Part shown: piece after piece, positions 1 through 49,268 of the stretch
Position numbering within the stretch: the stretch's first letter is position 1
Layout of the letters: each line of letters opens with the position of its first letter
Source of the DNA: Tubiluchus corallicola
Taxonomy: Eukaryota > Animalia > Priapulida
Assembly: GCA_030141605.1 (NCBI GenBank)
Contig: JAQGDQ010000007.1
Location: forward strand, 62,001-126,000
DNA length: 64,000 bases
Reading direction: 5' to 3'
The notes under the pieces: generated by a model
Told to the model about the DNA's origin: nothing
Seen by the model: only the letters and a program-made list of their open reading frames with translations
Database searches by the model: none
Position numbers and translations under genes: made by a program

Positions 1-266
1 ATCCTATATATTTTTGGAAAGTTGAGTATCTGCCTTAATATGAAAATTATCTTTCCATTTTTTCCAAAATCAGCTAGGCAAAAGTGCATAAGGACTAGAC
101 TACAAACTAAGTCAATGACAATTTTGTTGTTATTATATAAATATAATCATTTTATGTAATTATTATCTGATCAGGAGAAACAGAAAACGAAAATGTTCAC
201 TTCCTGTTTCTCTCATTTCAGCTACAGCCATTAACATTCATCTAGATTACAAGAATTCTTGAGTTT

Positions 267-2060
267 TATTTTGTGCATTAAAGCGCGAGATACTATTGGG
301 CTTTGGACTACAACGCACTAAGGAGGTCACAAATCCCCAAACATATTAAATACCCTAACCGTAAACCCACCCGTAATTTTAACCCTAACTGTTAGTGTCT
401 CTTAGAGGCATATGTGACAGCTTTTCAATCTCAGTTAAATTTTATGTAAACCACTGATCTTTATTTCTGCAGTATTTAAAATTAAAATAGAAAAGCTAAA
501 TCGACTGGCACTTCGCCAGTTTTATGAAAAGTTACATAGCGTAGTTAGACTGACAGTTAAATAAATCAATCAAAATATGAATGAATAAATCAAAATAAAA
601 ATTAAATAGAAACTAGTTGACAATGTTTCTGACGTTGTCAGAAACTGAAGATTTTGCAAACAATAGTTTTAAATTCAGCCTTAAAAACGGAGAGATGACC
701 GCTGTGACAGCCCTATACATTAGTGCTCTATTAAACTAATTAAATTTCGTACTAATTAATCTATCGTACTAATTAAATTTCTACAACTAAGTTTGCTAAG
801 TTAAGCGGAGTAGCGCCAATGAGTTTAATTTTTGTAGTGCTAAATGAAAAGTTTGTTTTGTTTATCTATGTAATTATTATCTCTCAGGCTAGTATAGTTG
901 TGCCATCTACTGTCAACTTTGTTTATCAAAGGAAGAAACCAGGGACATGAACTTGACAGGTGTACTTCCTTATTTTGCAAGTTTGATCACCAATCCTGAG
1001 AGATGATAAATAGAACATTCATAGGTGCTACTCTTTATAACGTGTTTGATGGGTCAGATTTAGGTGATGAACCAACCCTTACATGTTATACAGCCATTCA
1101 CCTTAGAGCAAACAGGTTTCTTCCCTCCAAATCACCCATATTTTGCCATGTCCAACTTGGCCCCACCTAACCATATACCAAATATTGTCGCCCTAGCCCG
1201 AAAACTGTGGATGAATCCTAAAGAAGAATAAATGAAGACCCGAGCGATCTGTGACCTTTGACCCGGCAACTGGGTCAGGTGTATACGTATATAACTTTGG
1301 CCAGAGAGTGTACCATGCGAGTTTTGTGTCCCTAGCACTCAGCGTGTAAAAGGTCATAAATTGGGGCACCCCAAATTTTGCATTTTGGCCCCTCACTCGG
1401 GCACTTAAAGCTTGTCAGCTTTTTATAACCCCAGGTGCACACCTCGCCCCACAGTACCCAAATACTTGTGAAAAGAATTGGAAAAGAACGAAAGCCCTAT
1501 AAGGAGTTGCGATCTAAAGGAAAAACTGATCGACGCCCACTACCCTTCCCCTTGACCAGTGGTCAGCGGTTACTATACTGTTGTACGTCACCAGCCCAGG
1601 GCTACCTACCCTGCGAGTTTGGTGACCCTAGCTTACAGGGCTTACGAGTTATTAAGCGTTAAAGTGGCAGAGAATAAATAACTCAATGATAAACAGTAAG
1701 ATTTTGCTATAGTTTAATCTTAATAAACTTACATCGTTGCGGCATATATCTAATGATAAATTACGCTAGCTTGCTCATATACTACAGGAGAGCATAATGA
1801 CAACTGGGTCAATGCCCGCACTCAAAGTTTCCAGCTACATGGAGACGTCTTGGCTGCAAATTTAAAATTCATTAAGCCAGGTTCACACTGGCCTTAATAC
1901 TAACCTAACCCTAATCCTAATCCTAACCCAAAACCTACCCCAACCAAACCCTAATCCGCTTTACAAACTAATTCCCTGCGTGTAGGGACTTGTAAACTCC
2001 TTCTTTATTGTTCAGTGTTGTCTAAAGCCCAATGGTAGGCGCTTTAATGCACAAAATTTG
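267..2060. repeat. Imperfect ~75-bp inverted repeat pair with adjacent degenerate CCCTAA tracts (non-autonomous DNA transposon-like)
   Basis: 267-340 (TTTTGTGCATTAAAGCGC..TAC.ATTGGGCTTT) is inverted at 1985-2058; CCCTAA-like runs at about 353-390 and 1897-1956. Confidence 0.55.
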
Positions 2061-2315
2061 AGCCCACTACATATCTCCGCACTTCTGGTGATCAGTTAGA
2101 GCTAGCTTAATAACAACTTAATTCTTATTACATGAGTATTTTGCTGTTAAAATACAGCAGACAGCACAATGCACAATCAATAAGTGATGTAGTACATGAG
2201 GTTACGCTTAAACAGTAAATGAGGTATGCTTATGATACTTGCTGATAGTCCATTCAATTTCTCTCTCTTTTCGTGCCAATTACTGCTATTATTACAAAAA
2301 GTTTAAAAAACTTAC

Positions 2316-28275
<25,960 letters not shown>

Positions 28276-31200
28276 GTTGCTAGAACTTGGGCAACTCCAG
28301 AATTCGGGTTAATAGAGACTTGAGGAGGCATTCAAGAGCTCAAATTTTAGCTCATCTGGTCGCAGATGTCATTAGCGAACCCGATAGAGCGAGCTCAGAT
28401 GCAGAGCCGATGAAGAAATAGTCTCTTCAAAGAGTTAACACTAATAAAGACATGACGTCACGAATGGCAGTATTCTGCCACACGCGTTGTCAAGATAATT
28501 ATGCTGAGTTTAGATTCTGTGTTTCAGAACATGAAAGTGCAGTACTATAAATAGTATGTATATTTCGTTGGTGCTGCAACAATATTATACGAAAGTGCAG
28601 TTATGGAAATAATACTTATTGTAGATTTGTAGTGCTAAATGAGTTAACACTCGGCCACATTTCTTTGCAATTTGATCAGAATATTCCAGGATGTTGCCTT
28701 ATTTTTCCCTGAGCTGTTTCTTCTGAAACACACTATAGTTTCCCAACAGCTTGACTACAGCATTATTGTCCCTAAAAGGATTTTGATTTTTTTAGTCTTC
28801 ATAGGTCCCAGTGATCTTTGATTTATTGAAGTACGCCCAGGTTGGATACAGGGTTCAAAAGTGGTTGAGAAAATATACACCAAGAAGGTATAAATCAGTA
28901 ATAAACTAATATGACTGTTAAAGAATAATTGACTTTCTAATCTTCATAAAAGAAGAGTTTTGCACATAATCATAATCAACTTATGACTCTGATTTCCTGT
29001 CGTGTCAGCTTCTTGGTTTTTCTTAATCCAACAAAGCAAATAAAGATATTTTTGTAAGGAATATTTCAGGGTTCGGTCTATTCAGGTGGAAAACCTTTAA
29101 TCATTTCCCTAGGTTAATTACGCATCTCATTTTCTATTATTTTTTTAAAGTAAAAGAGCAACATAAGCAAAAAATCAAAATAATTTCACGGTGGATAATT
29201 GCGATAAATCTTTCCAAACCAAACATTCCAAACAGCATCAGAAATAGCAAGTCATTCCTGTTCGTATGTCACTGTTTAAAGAACAAAACACGTTAAGTGA
29301 TTATGAATAATTTGCGTTACATACTGCAATTTTATTTGAGCTGATCAAAAAATTTTGTAGCAATACATAACACATCTACACATCTATAACTAACATGAAA
29401 AAAGGCATTTCTGAAATAAGCGTTACAAAATGTCTCCAAGTGTTATTCTCTTCTCTTCTTTCACTCTTTCAGTCTTTTTTTCTTTTTTCACTCCTTCATC
29501 TCCTCTTGTCTGTCTCTCTCTCTCTCCTCTCTCTCTTTTCTGTCTGTCTTTCCCTTCTCCTCTGTATGTCGTTTTGCTATCTTTATCTGTTTACATAGTC
29601 CTCCTGTTTTTTCTGCCTCATGTGGTGTATTTTTTTTTTAAATTGATTCTTATGAACGCATAGGAGTGAACATAATGACAGGAACTTATGCTGTTCTGCA
29701 CACTTCTACAAACTGTTTTTAAAGGATACTGGTCATATTTTATATTGTTTATTGTTTGTGCAGATAATGAAATCCGATGTCGTTAAACTTTGAAATTAAT
29801 ATTTTCAGTATTTTACAAACTCCGCAAACTAAGTAGCGGTAATAGTTTGCCCATTTTCTTTTCTACCACAGGCATGTGGACGTATCAACAGTTTAAACAG
29901 ACAAATCAAATCGCAAAGAAGCCGTGATTAAGAGGCTCAAGAACTTGAAACCTATTAACTTAATTTTATGCCAACTTGTGCAATTTTACCCATCGGCCTT
30001 TACACGTCGCCCTCTTGAGTCTGTGATTATGAAACAACATACCTAAAAACTTAATCAACTATCTAGTTACGCTGGATGCATTTCAGTTTTATCTTGAAAA
30101 CTACTTCCGTCAAAAACTGAGTGAAAATTCCACATGTCTTATAGGCAGTTAGCGCCTATAGATTAATACAAGAAATAATGCAACCATGGCATCAGCTACA
30201 CACTTGATGTCAGCCATAAGCCAGGTCCTAAACATTTGAAAGAAACTATACACATGATGTCAACTATAGACAGTTGATGTCAACCAAACACTTGATGTGA
30301 TGAATAATAGGTGATGTCCCCATACACATTATGTCAGATATAGACAGGGCCTAGCTTTACAATTATCTAGTTACTAATTATCAACTACAAATTTGAGTTA
30401 AGCTTTTTTATCTTGAATAATCGCTGGAAGAAATTAACCAATTACGTGCAGTTTAACAAATAAAACGCGAAAAAAGCGATTACATCTTATAAGAAACATT
30501 ACCCCCATTACCTTACAACTTACCTTATTGCCTTACCTCGTCTTATTACTATTTGAGGTGATTATGTGCTCGGCGACCGTACTTAAAGCAGAAGCCAAGT
30601 CTCTCGGGAAGTTGAACTTATTCTAATGTTCGAGAAAAATTCCAGAAAGTTCAGAAATAAAATTTTGATAAGCCCCTTATATAATAATTACTAATAATAA
30701 TTATTAGTAAAATTGATTCAAAGTCACTGTCACTTGATGTCTGGGCGCACTCGTTTTAGACGAAAAATGGCGTTATCCAGTTTCCTTGCAATATAAACTT
30801 ATTCCGTGAGGTGTTTGAGCAATCTTCTTTTGGCTTACAGAGGGAACTCTATAAATAAGCAACCCACCCGGTATCTACTATAAGCTCGCAAGTTTGCATG
30901 CGTATCTGAAAGTCAACAAACGTCTGTAAATTAATTATGTTTGCACAATTAATGTATACCACTTACACGTTTTACGGTATAATCCTGTGGATTAAGGCTA
31001 TATAACCACTTTAAATTTGGTTATAATTGTCCAAACACAATTAAACATAACGCTAGAATAACGGAACTTCAAAGTGTATTGTAGGAATTTTGCAACGCGT
31101 ACCTCCATCACAGCTTGCCTTCACAGCATTCACGCTGCCCAGCAGACACCATTCACATCATTTTTTTCAAACACGCCGGCAGCGACGTTGGTTTGGTGGG

Positions 31201-33960
31201 AGATAAAAAATATTTAAATTTCTTTTTATTTTCAAGTAGAGCATTCTTTGCGCATATATTGTGTGGTGGTTTCAATCTTTTTAATTGTATATTAAAATGC
31301 AGTAAATGTTGTTCGCTGGTTAGGTATTCCTTTAAGAATGCCAAGGCTGATCAGTTAATGGAAACGTGAAACGCTTCGGTTCTCGCTCTGAAAGGTTTCA
31401 TTCGCTATGCTGATTCTGGCTGTTTACCTCGTAGAGGGAGTACATGCACACACACTCAAACGTGGCTAACACCTCTACTGGTTCAGTGGCTCATACTGCA
31501 GGTATATCTGTGCTAATGAATCAGATTCCAGTCTCGCCACAACTATTTAATGATTCTAACTTGTGTAGGCCTTGCCGCTAAATGTTGGATTCCAACTTGC
31601 AGGATTCAGAATTCGTTAAAAATATTACTTACCTGACCAAAATTCCAAGATGCTCCGCCTATGCTTTTATAACTGCCAGTGTAAATGATTCCTATGTCAC
31701 GTAGGACGTTTTCGTGGCACAATGATGTATCATTAAGATAAACATTGTTTCAGCAGTACTTTGACATTACAAATAGTTCAGTACTTTTACTTGTTGCTTC
31801 TGTACTCTCCTCACTTTAACAAAAGATATTTAGAAATTATGTACAGTAAACACGCAAGATAATAAAACAATATTCTAAAAAACAGGAAAGGTGAACGATA
31901 AATAACTAAAACACGCAGGTAGGCCTAATGCCTGATACTTATAGTTCTATATGAATATTATATAGATTCGTTTACACTCGTGGGCCATTTTCAAGTATCA
32001 TAACTTTCGAGCAGATGAAAAAAATAAGCCTTAGTTGAGGACTCCATCTTCACGGTGACCGGTGAATTACTTCAAATGTTGCAGTTGTGAAACAACACAG
32101 CTAGTCACTTATAGCTGAAGGTTCCAGAAAATAAGTTTTTCACTGTTGGCGCTCTGTGTTCACCCGAATGTACAGGATTGAGACAGACTTGACACATTTC
32201 TCGGTCAAAAATGCGCATGCAAATTTGAATGTTTGTTTCTATAAGGGTCTGGCCATTAGTAATTTCAAGCAAGAACGAAATAAATAAACAGATTCCATAA
32301 AGCTGTAATTAATTCACTTGTAAATTTGCATAATAAAACTTAATATCTTCCAGATTATTTTCAGTGGTTAAAGTTTAACCATTATTATTAATCTTGAAAA
32401 TGACCAAAGAATGTTATGCGGCCGAAATGTCGCACAATTAACATTTCACAAATGTTTTTACAAACAGTTAAAGATTTTGATTTATTAATCAGATTCGTTT
32501 ATTAATATTAAAACCTGTTAACTTGCTAACATAATCACAAATTGCAGCCCAGTCAACAAAAATCTATGAATTTAAATGCCACGCATGCGCAGAGCATTCT
32601 CAAAGTATTCAAGTTAGTCACCGGGTCAATTGAGATTCGTCATTTCACTAAACTATGCTGGTACTCCCAATAAAGTGTTATTACCCATAAAGCGGATTTA
32701 TTTTATAGAATTTGCTTTGAGCCCAATAAATATTCAGCCTTAATTATCAGCCGTTACTTACTAATTAGCAACAGCACAACATGGTTCACCCAGTACCCAG
32801 CAGAAATAAGTACCGCTCACCTTTGCACCAAGCATTAAACAAGATGCAAACTTTCGATGAAGCTCGAAATGTCTCCGTGTTTAAGTGATTTCCCTAAATG
32901 TAAAGTTCTATTAGTCAGAATTTAATAATATTGTTTAAAGCTATTAAATTTTAAGTGGCCACGTGTATATAATTTTTAATTGCTGACTGTATTTGTACTG
33001 CACTATTTTAGCACGATTCATTTTGCTTTCCTCCAACGCCTGTCTTACCTTTCTATGCTTTTTTCTTTCTGTTTTCTTTCATTAAGTTGCAAACAAATGA
33101 AGATCAAATGGATAAGTTGATGAACCTAGCGAATGGAAGAAAAAAGCGATAATGAATCACATACCCATGCATTCGTTAATTTGAAAATTAAAGGTGTCTT
33201 GCTACTTATTATTTTCTGCTTGATTTACTGTACTATATAGATCGTAGTTTTTCAGCTAATTAATAGATCAGAATTAAGGAATCGCAATCAAGGGACTGGT
33301 GACGAGAGTTGAATGCCGACAGCTAGCAACTTAAAGCACAGCGTCACGACATTTTTTTACTGTTTGTCACCGAGTACCTAGATTAAAACTACATATGGCC
33401 GAACTTGACCTGATGAAAAATGATGATGCTGATGATCATGACAGTCCATATTGAGTATTCTCAGAAATGCGGTTGAAGTACATATGCCTGATTACCAACA
33501 AAATCGTGTAGCTCTTCCTCAAGTGACGGTCAAAAATCAATGACGTCATGACGGACTGACAATCTCACGTACAGAATTAGTTTTCCATTTGTGAAGACAT
33601 TCATTGTAAAAAAGGAAATTTACCTTTGGATTAGTCAGTATGTAACAATTCCAGTTGCCAACACAACAGTCGTAGGGCGTTTTAACATCAACGGTTTGTC
33701 TGTTTCCTACCGAGGAAATTAGTTTCGCTGCAAATGCGTCATTAGTCAGAATAGCGTTTTTGTCTTGCACAGCAAAAGTTGTTCGAGTTCCATTGCTTTC
33801 AAACGCATTATTCCCAAACTCCATTCTGAAACGAATCTCGTCCTTGTCTGGGTCATATTCACGTGTCGTGTTGATCTGTAAATGTTGAGTAAGTCTTGAA
33901 GGTAATGTAACGTAAGCTGAATTCACGTTATGACGTACGAGAAAAAAGAAGGCAGAGAAT

Positions 33961-34125
<165 letters not shown>

Positions 34126-34146
34126 AGAGTGATATATATATATACA

Positions 34147-34352
34147 TGTCACACATTTCACATTGAATGCCGCCGGGAATCAAACTATGTTCTCACACTT
34201 GTCCCACATTCTACATTGAATGTAGGCGGGAATCAGGCAAAGCTCTCACTCATTCATTCAACAATGAACGTTACCAGGAATCAGGCAACGTTCTCACTCA
34301 TGTCACAAATTTCACATTGAATGTCACCACGATCTTGCAATGTTCTCATACA
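34147..34352. repeat. Degenerate ~50-bp minisatellite, about 4 units
   Basis: TGTCACA.ATTTCACATTGAATG...GGAATCA..CAA.GTTCTCAC repeated. Confidence 0.7.
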
Positions 34353-34824
34353 TCTCACACCTACCCAAACAACCATCACAGATGCCTCGATGGCTCTAGT
34401 CTTGCGTGTTACCACCCAGCGTACTACCTGCCCACGTCGAATGACAGGCCTATCTTGATTAATGACACAGTCAAATTCATCCGTGTGATGCGACTTTGTG
34501 CGAAACACCGGAATCACTGTTTTTTTTCAGTTATCACCTATTTTTTAAATACTCTGATATCTTATAAGCAGTTAGTTTAAGGTTTTTACTCCTGTTAGCA
34601 AAGCATATCGTTTAAATTTTGTTGATTATCCAAATATTTTGTTTGCACTGCTTGCTATAAATAGTAACTGCTATATCAAAACGAGCGTTATGATGCAACT
34701 AGCTCATCGTAGTCTCTCCATTGGGATAACTTGAGTTAAACTAAAAAATGACGGACAACAAGCACAAAAAAATCAGTATGTCCTGAGGTATTTATGAAAG
34801 ATAAAGGCACTGTTTTAGTTTTAA

Positions 34825-34990
<166 letters not shown>

Positions 34991-36386
34991 TGACTTGTAG
35001 GGTCATGTTTCGTTCAGAGCTTTGAGGTTTCATTCCGCTAAGAATCATCCAGAAAGAATGTTTTTTCACAAAATAACATGCATCAAGAGTAAGTAGTTAA
35101 GTGACCATTTTCTCGAGACGTGTTATTGATTGAGTGAGCTGTTGGTCTTGCTGTCTTCAGCACTCCACTTTCCTTTAGTAGTTTTACTCTTGTGGCTGCA
35201 CGACTACCAGGAATGGCTTATAGAAGCGTGTCGTAACAGAATTTTAATGAGATAGGACTCACTCTGAAGCAGCCTTGGGTACGACAAAAGTTTTTTTTAC
35301 TGTAATGTTTCCCCTTAAATCCAGGCTTCTTAACTTCAGACGTGCAAGGAATTTATTTATTGCACTTATGTTACTCATTACATTAAGTTACTTTACTGTA
35401 CTTTGCCGACAAATTGCTGTACACAGGCTGTATAAAATGTACAACCTTTTGTTAGGGGGTGCAAAAACAACAAGCAGTAGTAGTACACCTCAATGTATCA
35501 ATGTATTGCTGAATCAGCAGAAACTCTATGAATGTCATCAATATTTTAGCGTGGACGCCTCCTGCATTTCACATAGATGCGTTCTTGAGCGGAATTTAAG
35601 GAGACTTGAAGAAATCGTGAACAAATTCAAGATCCCCCAGCAAATCTTACAGATGTTTCACACACTTGTCTTTTGGATGCGAATCAACGTGATATGTTAT
35701 TGGTCATCTTAACTTCCTCTCTTCATGACAGCTCTAATGCCGTACAGCAAGGCTGAGGTCCAGTGAATTTCCAATTACAGTTCAGTTTGCCCTCCAGTCA
35801 TATTCCTCAAGATTACAGACTGTGCAGGATGCAAGAGGCTTCCACACGTTAATCATGAATTGTGATTTTAGCAAAAACACTTTGGATATTATATTGATTT
35901 ATCTATTATTAGCAAAAACTTTGGCACACAATTTTGATTTTTTTTATTGTGCAGTCTTGTTGATTACTCATTGTGTAGCCTACTTCGTGTTTTTTCCTGT
36001 GCATTTTCGTCTTTTTATATCCAGAAAATAGAATTCAATTTTCATTTTGTGAGAATGGTATCTAATTTTCATTTTGATAACATTTTACTGCGCATTACTG
36101 AACTTAAAAAGGGATGGAGTTATTAGATATGACACATTATTAGGAAACTGATTATGAATTTAGCATAATTACCGACTTGCCAGAAACTCTGCTGACTTGT
36201 AATAATGGTAGTACCTTGCTCCTCAAAAATGGTATTTCATAATGAATTAGCTTCAAAGTGATATTGAACTGTGGCAATTTACACATGCAAACAAGAGTAC
36301 CCAACATTGCGAGGATATTATGCGAATACGTCCAAGCAAAGTGAAACTCTTTTTAAATGCGTCAGAGACTCAATGTGTGCTTCCAC

Positions 36387-36767
36387 TAGGGGTGACAATC
36401 GAACGTTTGAGTTTTTTAGTTTTTTAATTTGAATTCGATTTGAACCTAAAATTATAAATTCGAATAATTCAGCACTTCAACCATAGATATTCCTTATCAT
36501 TAAAACCTTTGAACCTTCTTGCAAGTAGCTCAATTCAGTTGTAATTTCTGTGTACAATTTAATGATTTTGCTGCAGAACAAAATCGAATAACACGCTTAA
36601 TCTCTTTAAGACCGCATTTTACTGGTGGGTCGAAAGTTTTAGGGAAAATCTTTTAAATAGAATTCAAATTCGATTTTGAAATACTGAAATTCGGTTCGAT
36701 TTAAATTCAAAAGTCACTAATACGGTTCGATTGGAATTTGCTCTCTGGTAGAGAATGCTCAGCTCTA
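36387..36767. mobile_element. hAT-like non-autonomous element (MITE) upstream of PSMD7
   Basis: TAGGGGTGA...TGCTCAGCTCTA termini, 8-bp TSD GCTTCCAC/GCTTCCAT, internal TTCGA-rich repeats; second copy at about 39345-39755. Confidence 0.75.
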
Positions 36768-36990
36768 GCTTCCATTTTCCAGAATCCCGATCTCAGATGT
36801 GTGAGTCGTGGATAGTGCCGGCAGTGACATTAGGCAAGAAATTTGCTTTATTCTAAAAACAACGAAGTCGGCAAATCACCACTACCTGGACGCTGTGCGC
36901 CAAGCTCCAGCGTTGCCGAAGTGCAAGTCATTTCTGTTTTAATTTTTATATTTACGCACTTGAAGCTGATTTAGTAAACAACAAAAAATA

Positions 36991-48059
<11,069 letters not shown>

Positions 48060-49268
48060 ATTTGTATATGTTTCATGCTTTCCTTTTATCATGTGATTTG
48101 TCATGTACAAAATGTACATTTTGTACTACAACATTAGCTGAAAACTAAGATAGCTCCTGTTGTGTCAGGAAATTTCGGTTCATGAAACCCGGCAGTTACA
48201 TTACTTGTTAATGATTGACTACTCTTATCCATTTTCGTTATGGCAAAACGGTTATTATTTTTACTAATATGACTGTGTAACCGTTTGCCAATCATATACA
48301 AATAAGACCTAAACTTAAATGCTGGAACGAATTTAAATGGCTAACAGATGATCTTGTTTTTCACACATTCATTTAGTGGATCAGAGAAAGACATACAGTT
48401 CGGATTTATGACTAAATGTGTACCAATAGAATGTTAAGAGAAGGTAGCAATTATCAACTCTTTTTGACAAAATGATAGGAGAGTATTTGATGTTTTTCCC
48501 GAAACAATGTCATAAAAAGTACACTGTAGCAGTACCAGTGATTGAATGATTGAGGCCAAAGAGTTATAATAGGATCTGCTGGAAGAATTTTAAGTTTTGC
48601 CAGTGCAATTTTTATACTATCTTGAATTCCGCATTTATTTAATTAATTATTATTGCTTGTTTTTTAATTCTGGATTTGTTCCACCATTTGGTGAGGTTGA
48701 ATTTGAACAATGTCTGTGCAAATTAGAAACAGATGTACTTAATAAATGAAAAATTTGGCAAAGCAAAGTGCTCTATAAAAGAATATCAATTCTGTGTGTT
48801 CTCATAATGTTTTGTGTATCATTGTTTGGTCTGCACTTCTTAGACTCTTAAATTACCTGAGGTCATAATTTAAAAGTTCGGGTGTTAGTCGATAAATTTC
48901 AGAAAGGCAGCCTTCAAGAAAGCTTGAAATCCAACTTCCACGGCTTTTTTTATATTAACAATCAAAATAGTGAAGCTATTTGAAAACATCTACTTAAAAT
49001 GTTATTTATTTTCATGCATTTTGATACTAAGGTCATGAGTCATGACTAAACGACTTGTTCTTGCTTAGTGCATACACAGCTGCTCATTTTATTGTTTGTT
49101 TATTAGACAAAAACACTTGCCCGTTGTTGCTGATACTTATTTTAGTTGACGTCTAGAACTATAGGTAGTGTTGGTTGTGCCGTTGTTGTTTCTGCTGTTG
49201 TGACATTATGCCTAGTAATTAGTGCTGCAGACCGCTTAAAACATTTTGTCTGCTAATCTTCAGACTGA

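Noticed and set aside
1733-1749. 17-nt microexon (YICRND) as TGase exon 13
   Set aside because: Splice signals look good and the phase fits, but it does not resemble the expected GS.EER continuation; cannot be supported without cDNA.
1897-1956. Interstitial telomere
   Set aside because: CCCTAA units are few, degenerate and tied to an inverted-repeat element; more likely TE-internal.
2254-2315. Read-through or 33-nt intron giving ...GTKRERN-stop as the TGase C-terminus
   Set aside because: The intron would be implausibly short and the stop would delete both C-terminal barrels; a downstream exon outside the window is more likely.
31751-31756. In-frame TGA in the duplicate TGase exon as selenocysteine
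   Set aside because: It lies at the destroyed splice acceptor, aligns to no Cys, and no SECIS is evident.
32390-32435. Penelope-type minimal hammerhead ribozyme (CTTGAAAATGACC...GGCCGAAA)
   Set aside because: The catalytic CUGANGA box is not intact and no convincing stems I/III were found; at most a decayed relic.
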